Source: Eledone cirrhosa (taxonomy: Eukaryota). Taken from it: a stretch of DNA of 64,000 bases. Below, piece after piece: positions 51,440-63,907 of the stretch (position 1 is the first letter of the stretch; each line of letters opens with the position of its first letter). The stretch lies in contig OZ024742.1 in the NCBI GenBank assembly GCA_964016885.1, positions 251,906,001 to 251,970,000 on the forward strand, written 5' to 3'. The translations under genes and the position numbers were made by a program. Under the pieces are notes generated by a model that was not told the origin of the DNA, did no database searches, and saw only the letters and a list, made by a program, of their open reading frames with translations.

Positions 51440-54400
51440 CGTGGGTATGGTGTGGCGTGCGGTGGCCGGAGGCGGGGGAGTGCTCGACCGGAAGGGTGTG
51501 TGGCGTGCGGTGGCCGGAGGCGGGGCAGTGCTCGACCGGAAGGGTGTTTGGCTGGAAGGATGCTCGACCGGAAGGGCCAGCAGAGGGCCTCTCTTTAGTG
51601 GTGACCAGCAAACGGTGTGGACGCGAGTTTTGGGCAGCTCCCGGTGTTAAGCAGTTGGACGCACGTGGAAGAGGAGTAACCTGCAGTGGAGTTTAGCGGC
51701 GCCTACGAAAAGCGGTAAGTGAGATAGCTTTTTCTAACCACAAGCTATTTCGGCGACTGAAAAAAAAAAAAAAAAAAAAAAAAACACTTGCCACAAGACA
51801 AATCAGAAGATGGTGACAAGACTACGGATGAACGAAGCTATTAGGGAATTTACCGGGGAAGGTGATGTTGTCGCTTGGCTGCGGAAGGTTCGGTTGGTCG
51901 CAAGCTTGCAGAAGATAGAGGACGTGGCCGGCCTCATGGCACTGTACCTCAAGGGCGACGCGTTGGTACTCTTCCTTGAGTTGGACGAGCACAGCCAAAG
52001 AGATGCGCAGAAGAAGTAGAGAGATGGATCGAAGAGGGCATACTGCTTCCCTGGAAGGAGGAGGTGAAGTACGGAGTATTGCCGTTAATGGCGGTGGTGC
52101 AACCCACGAAGAGCAAGGTGAGGCCGGTGCTGGACTATCGGGAGCTGAACGAGCACGTGTCATGCCACACGGGTGGCGAGGTCACGGATGTCTGTGGGGA
52201 AACCCTGCGTGAGTGGAGACGCATGACGGGGGGTTCAGCGATCGTGGATCTAAAGTCGGCTTACTTGCAGTTGCATATAGATGAGAAGCTCTGGCGGTAT
52301 CAGCTGGTCAGGTATAAGGGCCGGACATATTGCCTGACCAGGCTCGGTTTCGGGCTGAGCTCCGCACCGAAGATCATGGCGGCGGTCCTCAAGACCGCTC
52401 TGGGGAGGGCCGACAAGATAAAGAGGGCTACTCCTATATTGACGACATCCTAGTGGACGAGTCGGTGGTGTCGACGGCGGAGGTCACGAGCCATTTGCGG
52501 AGGTATGGACTGACTGCGAAGCCATCAGAAGCATTGGAGGGAGGAGCCGCGCTGGGACTTAGGCTACGGCGAGACAAGACGGGCGTTTTGGTGTTCCAGA
52601 GGGGAAACAAAGTTCCGGAACTGGGCCCAAGTATGAGTAGGCGGGAGCTTTTCTCGGTGTGTGGAAAGCTGGTGGGTCACTACCCAATCGCTGGGTGGCT
52701 CCGGACGGCATGCAGCTATGTCAAGAGACGAGCGGGAGGGGTGACCTGGAGTGACAGAGTGGGAGAGAGGACGGTGGCCATGATGCAGGAGATCGTGGGG
52801 AGGGTGAAGGCCGACGACCCAGTGCGGGGACGCTGGTATGTTCCCAAATCACAGAGCGGGACCATATGGTGCGATGCCAGCAGCATAGCGCTGGGTGTCA
52901 CGTTGGAGATAGGAGGTGTTGAGGTCGAGGATGCAGCCTGGCTTAGAAAGAAGGACGACTGCAGCCACATCGATGTGGCCGAGCTGGACGCGGTGTTGAG
53001 AGGGGTGAACCTCGCCCTGCGGTGGGGGCTGCGCACCATCGAGATACGCACCGACTCGGCTACTGTACTCGGATGGGTAAGATCAGTGCTCACCAGTGAG
53101 AAGAGAGTGCAAACGAGAGGCGCGGCGGAGATGCTGATAAAGCGCCGCCTGGGAACGTTAGGAGAGCTGGCCACCGAGTTTGACCCGAAGCTGAGCGTAG
53201 TGTTCGTGCTCTCAGAGAAAAATAGGGCGGACATCTTAACTAGAGTGAAGAAAGCCTGGATGGAAGCGCCGGAGGAGGTAGAGGATGAGATAGCTGCCGT
53301 GTGTCGGCTGACCGAGTCAGACCTGAAGGGGTTGCATGACATGCACCACATGGGGGTGGATAGGAGCCTGTTCCTAGCCAGGAGAATCAACTCGGATGTT
53401 AGCAGACACAGTGTTCGGGGGGTGGTTAGAGGCTGCGTCCGATGTCAGTCCATTGATCCCGCCCCGGGGGTACACGAAACGGGAAGCCTCCCGGTGGATG
53501 TGACACACTACCGGCAGGGAACGTACCTCTCGATGGTCGACTGTGGACCAGGCCGAATGGCGATATGGAGGGAGATGAGGACTGGAACGGCCGAGGAAAT
53601 CGTGCTGACGTTGAGAGAGGTGTTCTTGGAGCGGGGCCCTGTGGACGAACTGCTGATGGACAACAGCGCAGCGTTCCGCTCAGAGGCACTGAGGGAGATG
53701 CTCGATGGATGGAAGGTGGACCGTTTCTTCAGAGCGGCGCACAGGCCGAGCGGGAATGGAATCGTGGAGCGACACCACCGGACGATCAAGGCAATGGCGG
53801 AGCAGGGCCATATCTCACCAATGGAGGCAGTGTTCTGGTACATGTCCCCTCGGGTTGGACAGGTCGAGGAATCGGTGCCACACAGAGCAGTATTCAAATA
53901 CGAGTGGCGGCACCCGTGCACGCCACCACAACGGCCAGTGGGGAGAGAGAGTGCATTCGTGCAGGTGGGCGAAGAAGTCTGGGTTAAGCCCCCAGATGCA
54001 CGTTGCACATCTCAATGGGGAAGGGGAACGGTGACGGCCGTAAATTCAAAGAACAATGTGTCCGTGGACGGGGTACAACGTCATGTCCTGGATGTAAGAA
54101 GAATCACTGTGTCGACGGACTCCGAGGAAGAGGAAACCCAAGATGAGGTGGAAACCCAGAGCTCTGCCCCAATACTACGAAGATCGCAACGAAGTCGTAG
54201 ACCAACAACCTGGACAGCGGACTTTCATATGCAGAGGGACGAGGGGGAAATTAATCCTTGAGATCAGGGGGGCGTGTGGGTATGGTGTGGCGTGCGGTGG
54301 CCGGAGGCGGGGGAGTGCTCGACCGGAAGGGTGTGTGGCGTGCGGTGGCCGGAGGCGGGGCAGTGCTCGACCGGAAGGGTGTTTGGCTGGAAGGATGCGC

Positions 54401-54577
54401 GACCGGAAGGGCCAGCAGAGGGCCTCTCTTTAGTGGTGACCAGCAAACGGTGTGGACGCGAGTTTTGAGCAGCTCCCGGTGTTAAGCAGTTGGACGCACG
54501 TGGAAGAGGAGTAACCTGCAGTGGAGTTTAGCGGCGCCTACGAAAAGCGGTAAGTGAGATAGCTTTTTCTAACCACA
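51440..54577 (+). mobile_element. Gypsy/Ty3 LTR retrotransposon, internally deleted, in a MAT2B intron
   Basis: 303-bp LTRs at 51440-51742 and 54275-54577 (3 mismatches seen; ...ACA ends). Purine tract aggggggcg before the 3' LTR. Gag N-terminus, then RT (VRPVLDYRELN, DLKSAYLQ, YIDD), RNase H (WCDAS, AELDA, RTDS) and integrase (H..HH..CVRC, DVTH, MDN, GNGIVERHHRTIK) in RT-RH-IN order. Confidence 0.95.
51810..54261 (+). pseudogene. Disrupted gag-pol of the Gypsy element
   Basis: Gag is fused out of frame to RT at about 52012 (no protease or zinc knuckle). A second frameshift lies near 52430, just before YIDD. Confidence 0.85.
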
Positions 54578-54811
54578 TAAGATTCTACTTTATATTTATT
54601 TTCATGTTACTCCTTCTGCCAGGAGTTGCAACCAGCAGATTGTATCAGCAATTGAAAGACCAATGGAAATATTACTTCCCTGTTCAGTTTGACAAATGGC
54701 TCCTTTCTTCTAATAGGAATTATGACCAGTAGATAGTATCAGCAACTGAAAGACAAATGGAAAAATTGTTTTCTTGGTCCAATCTGACAACTGGTTCCAT
54801 TTTATTTTTAG

Positions 54812-54926
54812 CCTGATGTTATAATTCATTGTGCTGCTGAACGGCGACCTGATGTTGTGGAAAAAGATGAAAAGGCATCTTATAAACTCAATGTTTCCAG
54901 CACAATGTCATTGTGCAAAGCTGCAG
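54812..54926 (+). CDS. MAT2B: MAT2B-like coding exon 2 (not in ORF track)
   Basis: tttttag|CCT...GCA G|gtattg; encodes PDVIIHCAAERRPDVVEKDEKASYKLNVSSTMSLCKAA; phase 0/1. Confidence 0.93.
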
Positions 54927-55319
54927 GTATTGACATTTCACCTTCTTTTTAAAAACATTTATGACCATATTTCTAATGATATACACCTTATTTCAATTAA
55001 TTAATGAAAAATTTGGATAGATTTACTAAAATCATTTCATTATGAAGATAGTAATTTAACATATGGTTCTTACATAAAATTATGTTGGAAGATTTGAATT
55101 TAAATTGAAAGCCCCCAAAATTAGTGTTTTGTTTCATAGAACCAAGATTTGTTTTGGGTAGTTTAGTTATGAAAGGGTTGAACCTATGTTAACTTTTCAT
55201 TGTCATATTTCTCATGAAAGTTACTGTATATGATTTTCAATTAATTTTGAAAATAATCAAAAATGTTTATGAATTTAGTAACAACCAACATTCTCATTAT
55301 TAAGTTGGTGTGGATTAAG

Positions 55320-55508
55320 GGCAGTGGATTGGCAGTATCGGTAGAGGGTCGGACGCCATGCTTTGACGCATAGAGTTACGGCCCTTGCCATTCTGAGTTC
55401 AAATCCCGCCGAGGTTAACTTTGCCTTTCATCCTTATGGGGTCGATAAAATAAAGTACCAGTAATGCACTGGGTAATTGCTGGCCTTGTGCCAAAAGTAG
55501 AAACAATT
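55320..55508 (+). mobile_element. tRNA-derived Meta-domain-like SINE, full length (other copies about 49430-49545 minus and 57185-57352 plus)
   Basis: tggcagtatcggtag A-box-like, gagttcaaatccc B-box, gaggttaactttgcctttcatccttatggggtcgataaaataaagtaccag central domain. Confidence 0.8.
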
Positions 55509-55821
55509 AAGTTGGTGTTTGGAATATAACATAAAAAAGGTTCTTATAGAATCATATAAGGGAAGGTTTTTAAAAAAAATACAAGCAGTTTTATAATGTA
55601 GAACAAGTAGCATTTACAGGTTATGAAATTGTGAAAAAATGATAAACTATAATTTTAGGAAAGTAGATTCAAACAATATATATCAACATAAATGATAAAC
55701 ATGAAATTACATAATAGCAAAGTTCATATTTTCCCCCAAATATGCTGACAATATAGATAGCTTAAAGTTACAAATGCCATAGCTGTCAAAATTCAACACA
55801 TATACACATATATCTCTATTA

Positions 55822-56195
55822 CTTAATTTCACCCACAAAATTATTAACCATCTTGCCAACAACAACCCTGAGAACCTTTTTGACTTCCATTTGTCTAACA
55901 CATGTGGGCATGCCCACAAAGTCAGAAAACAGCACAGTTCCTATGACTTTCAGAAACAATTTTTCACGCTCAGAGTTGCTGAAGCATGGAACAAACTACC
56001 TGCATCAGTTGTTAGCTGTCAAAACACTTCATCCTTTAAAACCTCCATGCTTCCTGAGATCCGCCAACACTACACTTAATATTCCCCCTCCATACACATA
56101 CACATATGTATATACACTATTCACTTCCCTGACATTTGTATATTATTCTATGTACTATACATGCACCTGAGCACCTTACACAATAATTTCATTAT
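55822..56195 (+). mobile_element. CR1-like LINE 3' end
   Basis: NTCGHAHKVRKQHSSYDFQKQFFTLRVAEAWNKLPASVVSC; (att)n tail. Confidence 0.8.
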
Positions 56196-56907
56196 TATAT
56201 TATTATAAATATTTCACATGAAAATGTAGAAACAAAATGAAAGAATTGAAAGCTGAAAACAGTTATAACATTTTGTGGCATTTGTTTCAGCTGTTGATGA
56301 ATTAGCAGAATTGTTGAGTCTCAGATGAGATATTTTGCAGTATTTGTTCTAGCTCCTTGCAAACTGAACTGTGGCCTGTTTGGGTTGGCAGACTTAATGT
56401 CACCTGATATAACAACACTACCTGTCACTTGTGTGCCTTTAGAATAGTGTAATCTTTGCAAACATTTGGGCTCTCTCTTTCTCTCACACAAATTTTAAAG
56501 GGTTATGGACACTGAATTTCCCTCCCTGACTAAAGTGTAAGAAAAAAAAACTATAGAAGTTAATTGTTTATTGTTTTGCATAGAAGCATTTTAAGCAATT
56601 GCACAGACTCTCCCCAAATTTATATATTTTACTTTTCTTTGTCAATTATCAGTTGAAATCATAATTTTATAGTATTTTCTCACATGTTTGTAGCCAGGTG
56701 TGAGTCATGTTGTGATATTTCTACATACATTCTTTTTTTTTTCTTCATACATAAATTGGTACAGTTATTGTAAAATATTACGAGGAAACTGTGTTGTATG
56801 ACCACAACTATAAAGATATGAAGCTATTGTAATAAAACTAATGTTTACCAAAGGAATGCATTTCATTTTATATATCTTTCCAATTTCTTTTTAACTTTTT
56901 ATTGTAG

Positions 56908-57060
56908 TGGAATGCAATTCTTGGCTTTTGTACATAAGCACTGACTATGTATTTGATGGAACCAGTCCTCCCTACAATGTTACTGATACACCAAATCCTC
57001 TAAATAAATATGGACTTTCTAAATTGGAAGGTGAAAAGTTTGTGCAGGTGATTAGCTCAG
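56908..57060 (+). CDS. MAT2B: MAT2B-like coding exon 3 (not in ORF track)
   Basis: attgtag|TG...TCA G|gtaatc; encodes [17 protein letters not shown]...[15 protein letters not shown] (STDYVFDG and YxxxK motifs); phase 1/1. Confidence 0.95.
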
Positions 57061-57939
57061 GTAATCTTTGATTCATTAAATTTATGCATTCTATTTAAAA
57101 TTTCAATCAGTTTCTCAGTCAAGTCTTTTTCCCAAAGATTGTCAGCAGATTGACAAATAAATGACAATGTGTTATTATTGGTGAATTGGCAGTATCGGTA
57201 GGGTGTCAGACACCATGCTTTACAGCATAGAGTTATTGCCTTTTACGTTCTGAGTTCAAATCCAGTCGAGGTTAACGTTGTCTTTCATCCTTATGGGGTT
57301 GATAAAATAAAGTACCAGTAATGCACTGGGTTGTGCCAAAAGTATAAACAATTATTGTGATCACGTGAAATTAGTATAATTAGGACCACAGTTTTGTACC
57401 AGAACATCTCCTGGAAAACACATGTAGCAAATAAATCACTCTATGGTTCACATCCTTGCCTTTCTGATATAAGGCATAGGAGGCTTGCATTAGCTGGAGA
57501 TGTGGAACATCACAATGAACCTGCTGGCAGAGTTCTTTCTGAAAACCAAATATATGCAGATGAGTTAGAAGACTAAATATCACACTGAAAGATGTTCTTG
57601 AAGATGTCACTGGGCTGGAGGCAAGGGAACTTCAGAGAGCAATACAGAAGAGGGTGACCTGGAGGAAGAAATTTGTCATAGCACTTGTAACGGATGTGTA
57701 CTAGTAGTAATAGTAGAATCATCATCATCATCAGTTTCCAAAACATAGACAATAATCTATCAGAGCATCCATGTAATTGAAAAACAATATGTAAAAAGTA
57801 CTCCTTTATATGTCAACCTACAAAAATGATAGGTGATGAAAAGAAAAAGTAAATATGAAATTTATCAGTACACATTTTAAACAGTTTGATAAATAAAATG
57901 GCATTACCCTCCTCTTCACCATTTGAAATTTGCTGACTT

Positions 57940-58228
57940 ACAACCAGTCCCCTCTGTCATGTGACTTATTACCAGTCACACATGTCATATATCATATTAC
58001 CTGTCATCTCTGACATATTACCAGTCATCCCTGTCATGTAATATATTACCAGTCACCTCTGTCCTTTGACATATTACCAGTTATCTCTGTTATGTGACAA
58101 ATTACCAGTCACACATGTCTTATATCATATTACCTGTCATCTCTGACATATTACCAGTCACCTGGCTTTTGTCATATGACTTATTACTACTCACCTGGCC
58201 TGTGTCATTCGACATATTACCGGTCAGC
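57940..58228. repeat. Degenerate ~30-bp tandem repeat
   Basis: Recurrent acatattaccagtca core, about 10 units. Confidence 0.85.
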
Positions 58229-58531
58229 TTTGTATTGCTTTATTTTATGGCACGCTGCCATTCAGTTCTGTCTGGAGACATCTCTCTTCATGTAGTTTAA
58301 TTTCTTGGTTTACTAAAATTATCAATTATTTTGTTAATAGAAAAAATAACTGAACATCTCTTATACAAAATTATATTGGAAGATTTTAATTGAAATGGGA
58401 ACTGTTTATAATGTGTGGTTTTGTTTCATAGGTTTGTATTTGTAGGTTAATGTATGGATATTATTTAATTTACTTGGCCCATGCTCTCACACAACTGAAA
58501 AGTAAAATCTCATTAATATTTTTATTTGCAG

Positions 58532-58986
58532 GCTTTGCTATCTTGAGAGTTCCAATTCTTTATGGTCAAGTAGAATTCTTAGAAGAAAGTGCTGTAACAA
58601 TCTTACTAAAGAGTATTTTGAATTCTGCTGCTACTTTGCACACTTCTCACTATGAGCGCCGTTACCCAACTTTCTGTGATGACTTGGCTTCTGTAATTAT
58701 ATCAATGTCAGAGAAAAAAAGTTTCCAACAAGTGGATATATCTGGTGTGTTCCACTGGAGTGGAAATGATAACATGACTAAATATGATATGGTAGTTGCA
58801 ATTGCTGGCATTTTTGACTTGGAAATTTCTCATATTGTTGCTGATAAGGAAAATAAACCAGAAACAAATCGTCCTTATAATTCTCACCTTTGTTCTGAGC
58901 GTCTTGAAAATCTTGGTATTAAAGTTGAGAGAACATCATTCAAAAATGGAATAAAAGGTGTTCTACTTCCTTTTATTCCATCATAA
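58532..58986 (+). CDS. MAT2B: MAT2B-like coding exon 4 (terminal)
   Basis: tttgcag|GC; ILRVPILYG..E.LEESAVT, RYPT..DDLA, GVFHWSG...MTKYDM, RPYNSHL...RLE.LGI; stop TAA. The four exons sum to 906 bp, i.e. 301 aa plus stop. Confidence 0.95.
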
Positions 58987-59115
58987 TGTATCAGCTTCTT
59001 TAGCATTCTAATTATAGTAATGTTTTAGTTCTCAATTTTGCTGGATTTAAAATTAAAAAAAACAAACTATAATTATTTGATTGAACTATATAAAATTACT
59101 TCCTTACGAGCATAT

Positions 59116-59196
59116 AATAAATATGTTTATTGAAATGTGTCTTCAACATTACTTTTCATACGGAAACTATTTTTATAATGTAACACTACAAATAAA
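59116..59196 (+). promoter_or_regulatory. Candidate polyadenylation signals of MAT2B
   Basis: AATAAA at 59116 and 59191, downstream of the stop. The region is AT-rich, so this is weak evidence. Confidence 0.4.
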
Positions 59197-59825
59197 AGAT
59201 GATATTGTCTCAGTAAAAGATATCTGAAATATGGGGATAACCAAGGTTAATACATTTTGTTTAAAAAATATAATAAAGTTTATAAAATATTTACAACCTT
59301 GTTGATTTTTCAAATTGTAGATATGATTTATACCAACTGATAATCATACTTGGTTGGTTTAAAAAAACAAAATCTTTTTTACCTAAATCAGTTTTTCTTG
59401 AGTAGGCGTATGATTGAGATTCCAACCATTACCATCCCAGCTTTTATTCAAGTATAATGTATCCTTCCATTTTGTAAGATAATAAGATATGATGCAAGGT
59501 AAATTTGATTGCTATTTGATCACATTCACACTGAGTAACTAGTTTAGTGAAGTCTGCATTATTGATTATTTGATCACATCCACACTGAGTATCTAGTTTG
59601 GTGAGGTATGTACTATTGTAATATTTCTAATCATTAAAATCAGTTATATAATACATTTTTTAATTTATTTATTTGTATTTTAATATTTTATCTAGAAGAT
59701 ATATTGAAGTAATAATTACTTCGACACCTTTCACCAACTTCATTGTCTAACCTCTTAATGGCATCTGAAAGGAATCATATTTTTCACTAATTTAGAAATT
59801 ATTGGGGAAGCTGTTACATTATGAA

Positions 59826-62800
59826 TCATCATCATCATCATCATCATCGTTTAACGTCCATATTCCACGCTTGCATGGGTTTGGACGGGAGTTTTCCCAC
59901 TTGAGGCAAGAGTGGTTGTCTTGCTTGCATAGGACTGTCTGGCGGGTTTTCTACAGCTGGATGCCCTTCCTAACACCAACCACATTTACAGTGTGGTCTG
60001 GGAGGTTTTTACCGTGTTACCTACACGGCCACATTACAGCGTGGACTGTTTTTTTTGTCGTGACACCTACACGACCTCATTTGTTTCGGCCTGGATGTTG
60101 TGGTACCAACATAACTTTACATTGAAAGGGGTGGTGTGGATGGGGTGGGGGTAGTGGGACGGGGGTGTATTTTGTTGGAGGTGCCTACTGACTGTAGTAG
60201 GTTTTACTTTGTATTTAGGTAAGGCGGGTCTTCTCTATTACTGCCAAAGATCTTGGTCCAGTGATATTGTCTTGGAGAGGTGTAAGTGTGTGAGGTCGGA
60301 ATTTATCAAGTCGTCCCAGGTTTTTCTGGGTCTGCCTACTCCGTGGCTACCATCTATTTTTATTGCCCTGCACTTTTTTGTACAGCTGTCGTCTTTGATA
60401 CGCATCACGTGACCATACCAACATAGCCTTCTCTCGAGTAAACAACATCTGATCCCTCTTATTTCTAATTTTTTCCTTAGTTCGTTTATGCTTTGCCGTT
60501 CACGTATATTACTATTACACATCCAGCGGAGCATGCAAGCTTCGTTTCTCTCCAGTCTGCGTATATCCTCTGCACACAATGCCCAGGTCTCACTGCCATG
60601 CAACATTGCTGTTCGTATGCAGGCATCATACAGCCTGCCTTTCATTTTTAGGGAGAACCCTTTAGCGGCCAATAGTGGTATAAGCTCTCTGAACTTTTTC
60701 CATCCAGTTCTGACTCGAGCTACTGTATTTTCAGAGTACCCTCCCCCACTGCTGATTTTGTCACCCAGGTAACGGAAGCTGTCCACTATTTCTATAGAAC
60801 CATCTGTGCTTGAAAGAGCTTGTATTATGTGGGCTCTTGCTGCTACTTATTGCACCAGAGCACCGGCCACATATAAAATCTATGTTCTTAGTTAGCTTAC
60901 CTGTGATCCCACTACATCTTTTATGCACCCATACTTTGCATTTGGGACATAAAATGGAGTTTCTACCTACTCCTTTCCTACACACTGAGCATGGCCATTT
61001 CCCGGATGGGACCGGCGCCCTATTTTCCTTCCTACAAACTAGAACTTTAGTCTTAGACAGGTTAATTTTAAGGCCTTTTGATTCTAGGCCATGCTTCCAT
61101 GTTTGGAATTTCTTCTCTAGTTCGGCCATTGATTCAGCTATGAGCGTTAGATCATCTGCGTATAGGAGTTCCCATGGGCAGCCGGTCTTGAACTCCACTG
61201 TTATAGCCTGAAGAGCAATAATAAATAGTAGGGGGCTAAGAATGGAGCCCTGATGAACACCAACTTTTACGCTAAACTCTTCACTATATTCGTTGTTAAT
61301 TCTAACCTTGCTGACTGTTTCTTTATACATGGCTTGTATAGCTCTCACAAGCCATTCATCAACCAACACCTAGTTTTCTAAGAGCCCACCAGATAATGGA
61401 ACGGGGGACTCTGTCGAAGGCTTTCTCCAAGTCGACAAAAGCTAAGTATAGGGGTTTACTTTTAGCTAGGTACTTCTCTTGTAGTTGTCGTACAATGAAA
61501 AGAGCGTCTGTGGTACTTTTGCCTGACACAAACCCAAACTGCATTTCATCTAGATCAATTCTCTCTCTGATTAGTTGCGCTATTACTTTTTCTGTGACCT
61601 TCATGACCTGGTCGATTAATTTAATGCCTCTATAGTTACTCCTATCTAGGGCATCTCCTTTACCCTTGTAGCAGTTAATGATGATGCTGCTACGCCAGTC
61701 CTTCGGAACAACCCCATTCTGTATGACTTGGTTTACTATCCAGGTGACCATAGTGTGTCCCACCGTTCCAGAGGCTTTCAGCAACTATTTCCGAAGGCCC
61801 AGCCACCTTACCCGTCTTCATATCTTTGATTGCCTTACTTATTATACTACCTTCGACTAACACTGCTGGTCCCTCTATTGGGTCAATGTGGGGGAAACTG
61901 TCTTTCTCCCATTTATTCTCCTCATTTAGTAGCCTTTCGTAGTGACACTTCCAAGCTACCTTCTTATCAGCGTCAGTGATGGCAAGTACACCATCATCAT
62001 TAAGTACACACTTCTCCCCGACAATATCACGGTTTTCCTTGACACATTGCCTAGCAATCCTGAACACCTCACGTTTTTGGTCCTCGCGTTGTAGTCCTTG
62101 CTTGTAGTCCTTGCTTGAACTTTCTTTCCTCTGCTTCCCTTCTTGCAAAGTACACTTGTCTCCTAGCTTCCCTCCTGGCCACTCGATAGTCTTCTCTACT
62201 TCCCCCATCCCGCCATACTTTCCAAGCCTGCTTTTTGGCCTTAATTGACTCCTCCACCTTACTGTTCCACCACCATGTTACTCTCCTCCTGCCTATAGGC
62301 CTGCTCCAGCCACAGACTTCGTCTGCCGCCATCAGCAGGTTTGCTTTCAGGAATTCCCACTGTTCCTCTATATTGTACGACTCTAAATGCTCTTCCTTAC
62401 TGTCGAAAGCATCAAGTACTATGCTTTGAAATTTATTTCTGGCTGTGGGGTCCTTTAATTTCCATATTTTTCTCCTGAGGATAGTCCTCTTCTGCTGTCG
62501 AGTACGTCTCGTCCTGACTATGAGGTTGCTAATTATGAGTCTATGTTGGGAGGTGCATTCTTCATGGGGGAGGGATTTAGTGTTTACAACAGACACTCTG
62601 TCACGTCTTCTGGTAAGGATATAATCTACCTGGCTAGTATGTTCCCCTGATCTGTAGGTGATCAGGATTCTGGAGCCTTCCTCATTTCTAGTACCAAACC
62701 CATAGCCTCCGTGGATTCCATCATAGCCGTCACAATGTTGTCCAACGTGACCATTTAGGTCGCCAGCAATAATTATATAGTCACTGTCGGTTATTTGGGA

Positions 62801-63350
62801 GGTAGTGGGCATCAGTGTCTCATAGAAACTGTCTTTTATAGCGCCAGGCAGTCCAGATTGAGGCGCGTACGCAGATATTACCGTCACAGTAGTTCTATTT
62901 AGAACAAGTCTTATTTTAATTATTCTGTCATTCACTCTATTTACGTCTATTATCTTATCCACCCATTTTTCTGCTAACATGATTCCTACTCCACCCAGCC
63001 CATTGTCATTTCCCACCCAGAAAAGCTTATAGCATCGTTTTTTACCCACAATGAATCTAGCAGACCCGCCCCTCCACCTGGTCTCTTGGATACAGCAACC
63101 TCCTTACGTTCAAGCATTTCTACAACCTCGTTAGAGCGGCCTTTTAAGGTGCCTACATTCATGGTACCAACTCTGAAGATTTGGGAGGGGTGAGGTGGTT
63201 GGGGATATGTTGGCCATCCGCGGCCACAACAAAGAGGAGGAGGAGGTGAATTTGTCGTTATCTTTGGCATTGTCTTTGAGTGTCCAAATTCTTCAGACTC
63301 TCCAGAAATTCCTTAGTCCATCCATCATATCGAAAAGCAACCAGAAGTGA
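59826..63350 (-). mobile_element. Near full-length RTE LINE (subfamily A): APE, RT with PHD insert, 3'UTR, (gat)n tail; several frameshifts
   Basis: Minus ORFs 62986-63270 (VGTMNVGTLKG), 62069-63049 (GGVGIML, ISAYAPQ, AGDLNGHVG, SQVDYIL), 61690-62208, 61359-61784, 60761-61369 (LYADDL) and 60238-60786. The 5'UTR may extend to about 63950. Confidence 0.95.
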
Positions 63351-63453
63351 TAGCATAGGCCATTGACTTGTGATTGGTCCAAATAGTAAAGGTGGAGAGT
63401 GGGGGCAAAGGGAGGGGTATGGGGTAGTTAGCGAGGAGCAGGCTTATTTATAA

Positions 63454-63907
63454 GGGAGATTGAGAGAGCGACGTATATGATAGAGAGAGTAGGGGTGAAA
63501 GCGATTTTAGAGGGCCGAGAGAGAGAAGCCATTTTTATGAATCCTGGAAAAATTTTCGGCCAAAATGGTAGCGAGAAGATTATTTAGAACAAGCGTGGAG
63601 AAGATTTTTAGAACAGTGAGACAGAATTATAGAAAAACAATTATCAATAGGATTTTGATTCTGGGCGATTATAGATATATGGATGAATGAACCGAAGGGT
63701 GGGGAGACAAGAAGATAATGTTATTTATACGTTACATTTCTTAGAAGCGGACTGACCATCAATAAGAGTTGACAAATTCTGAGTTTTGTCCCTTGTAACT
63801 GGCTTATTTATATTTGGTGCGTAGGGAGTGAGAGGGAGATTGAGAGAGCGACGTATATAATAGAGAGTGTGGGGGTGAAAGCGATTTTAGAGGGCTGAGA
63901 GAGAGAA
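63454..63907. repeat. ~74-bp direct repeat pair (63454-63527, 63834-63907) upstream of the RTE ORF
   Basis: gggagattgagagagcgacgtatat.atagagag.gt.ggggtgaaagcgattttagagggc.gagagagagaa occurs twice, 380 bp apart. Confidence 0.85.

Noticed and set aside
55320-55410. tRNA gene (A/B boxes); likewise other SINE heads
   Set aside because: No complete cloverleaf, and it continues into a repeated SINE body.
58450-58531. N-terminal extension of the 178-aa ORF (similarly 3791-3872 and 48138-48170)
   Set aside because: Intronic read-through beyond clear splice sites.
47955-58986. Bacterial-type rmlD (dTDP-4-dehydrorhamnose reductase) or horizontal transfer
   Set aside because: The gene has spliceosomal introns and the AAERRPD and EESAVT motifs characteristic of animal MAT2B.
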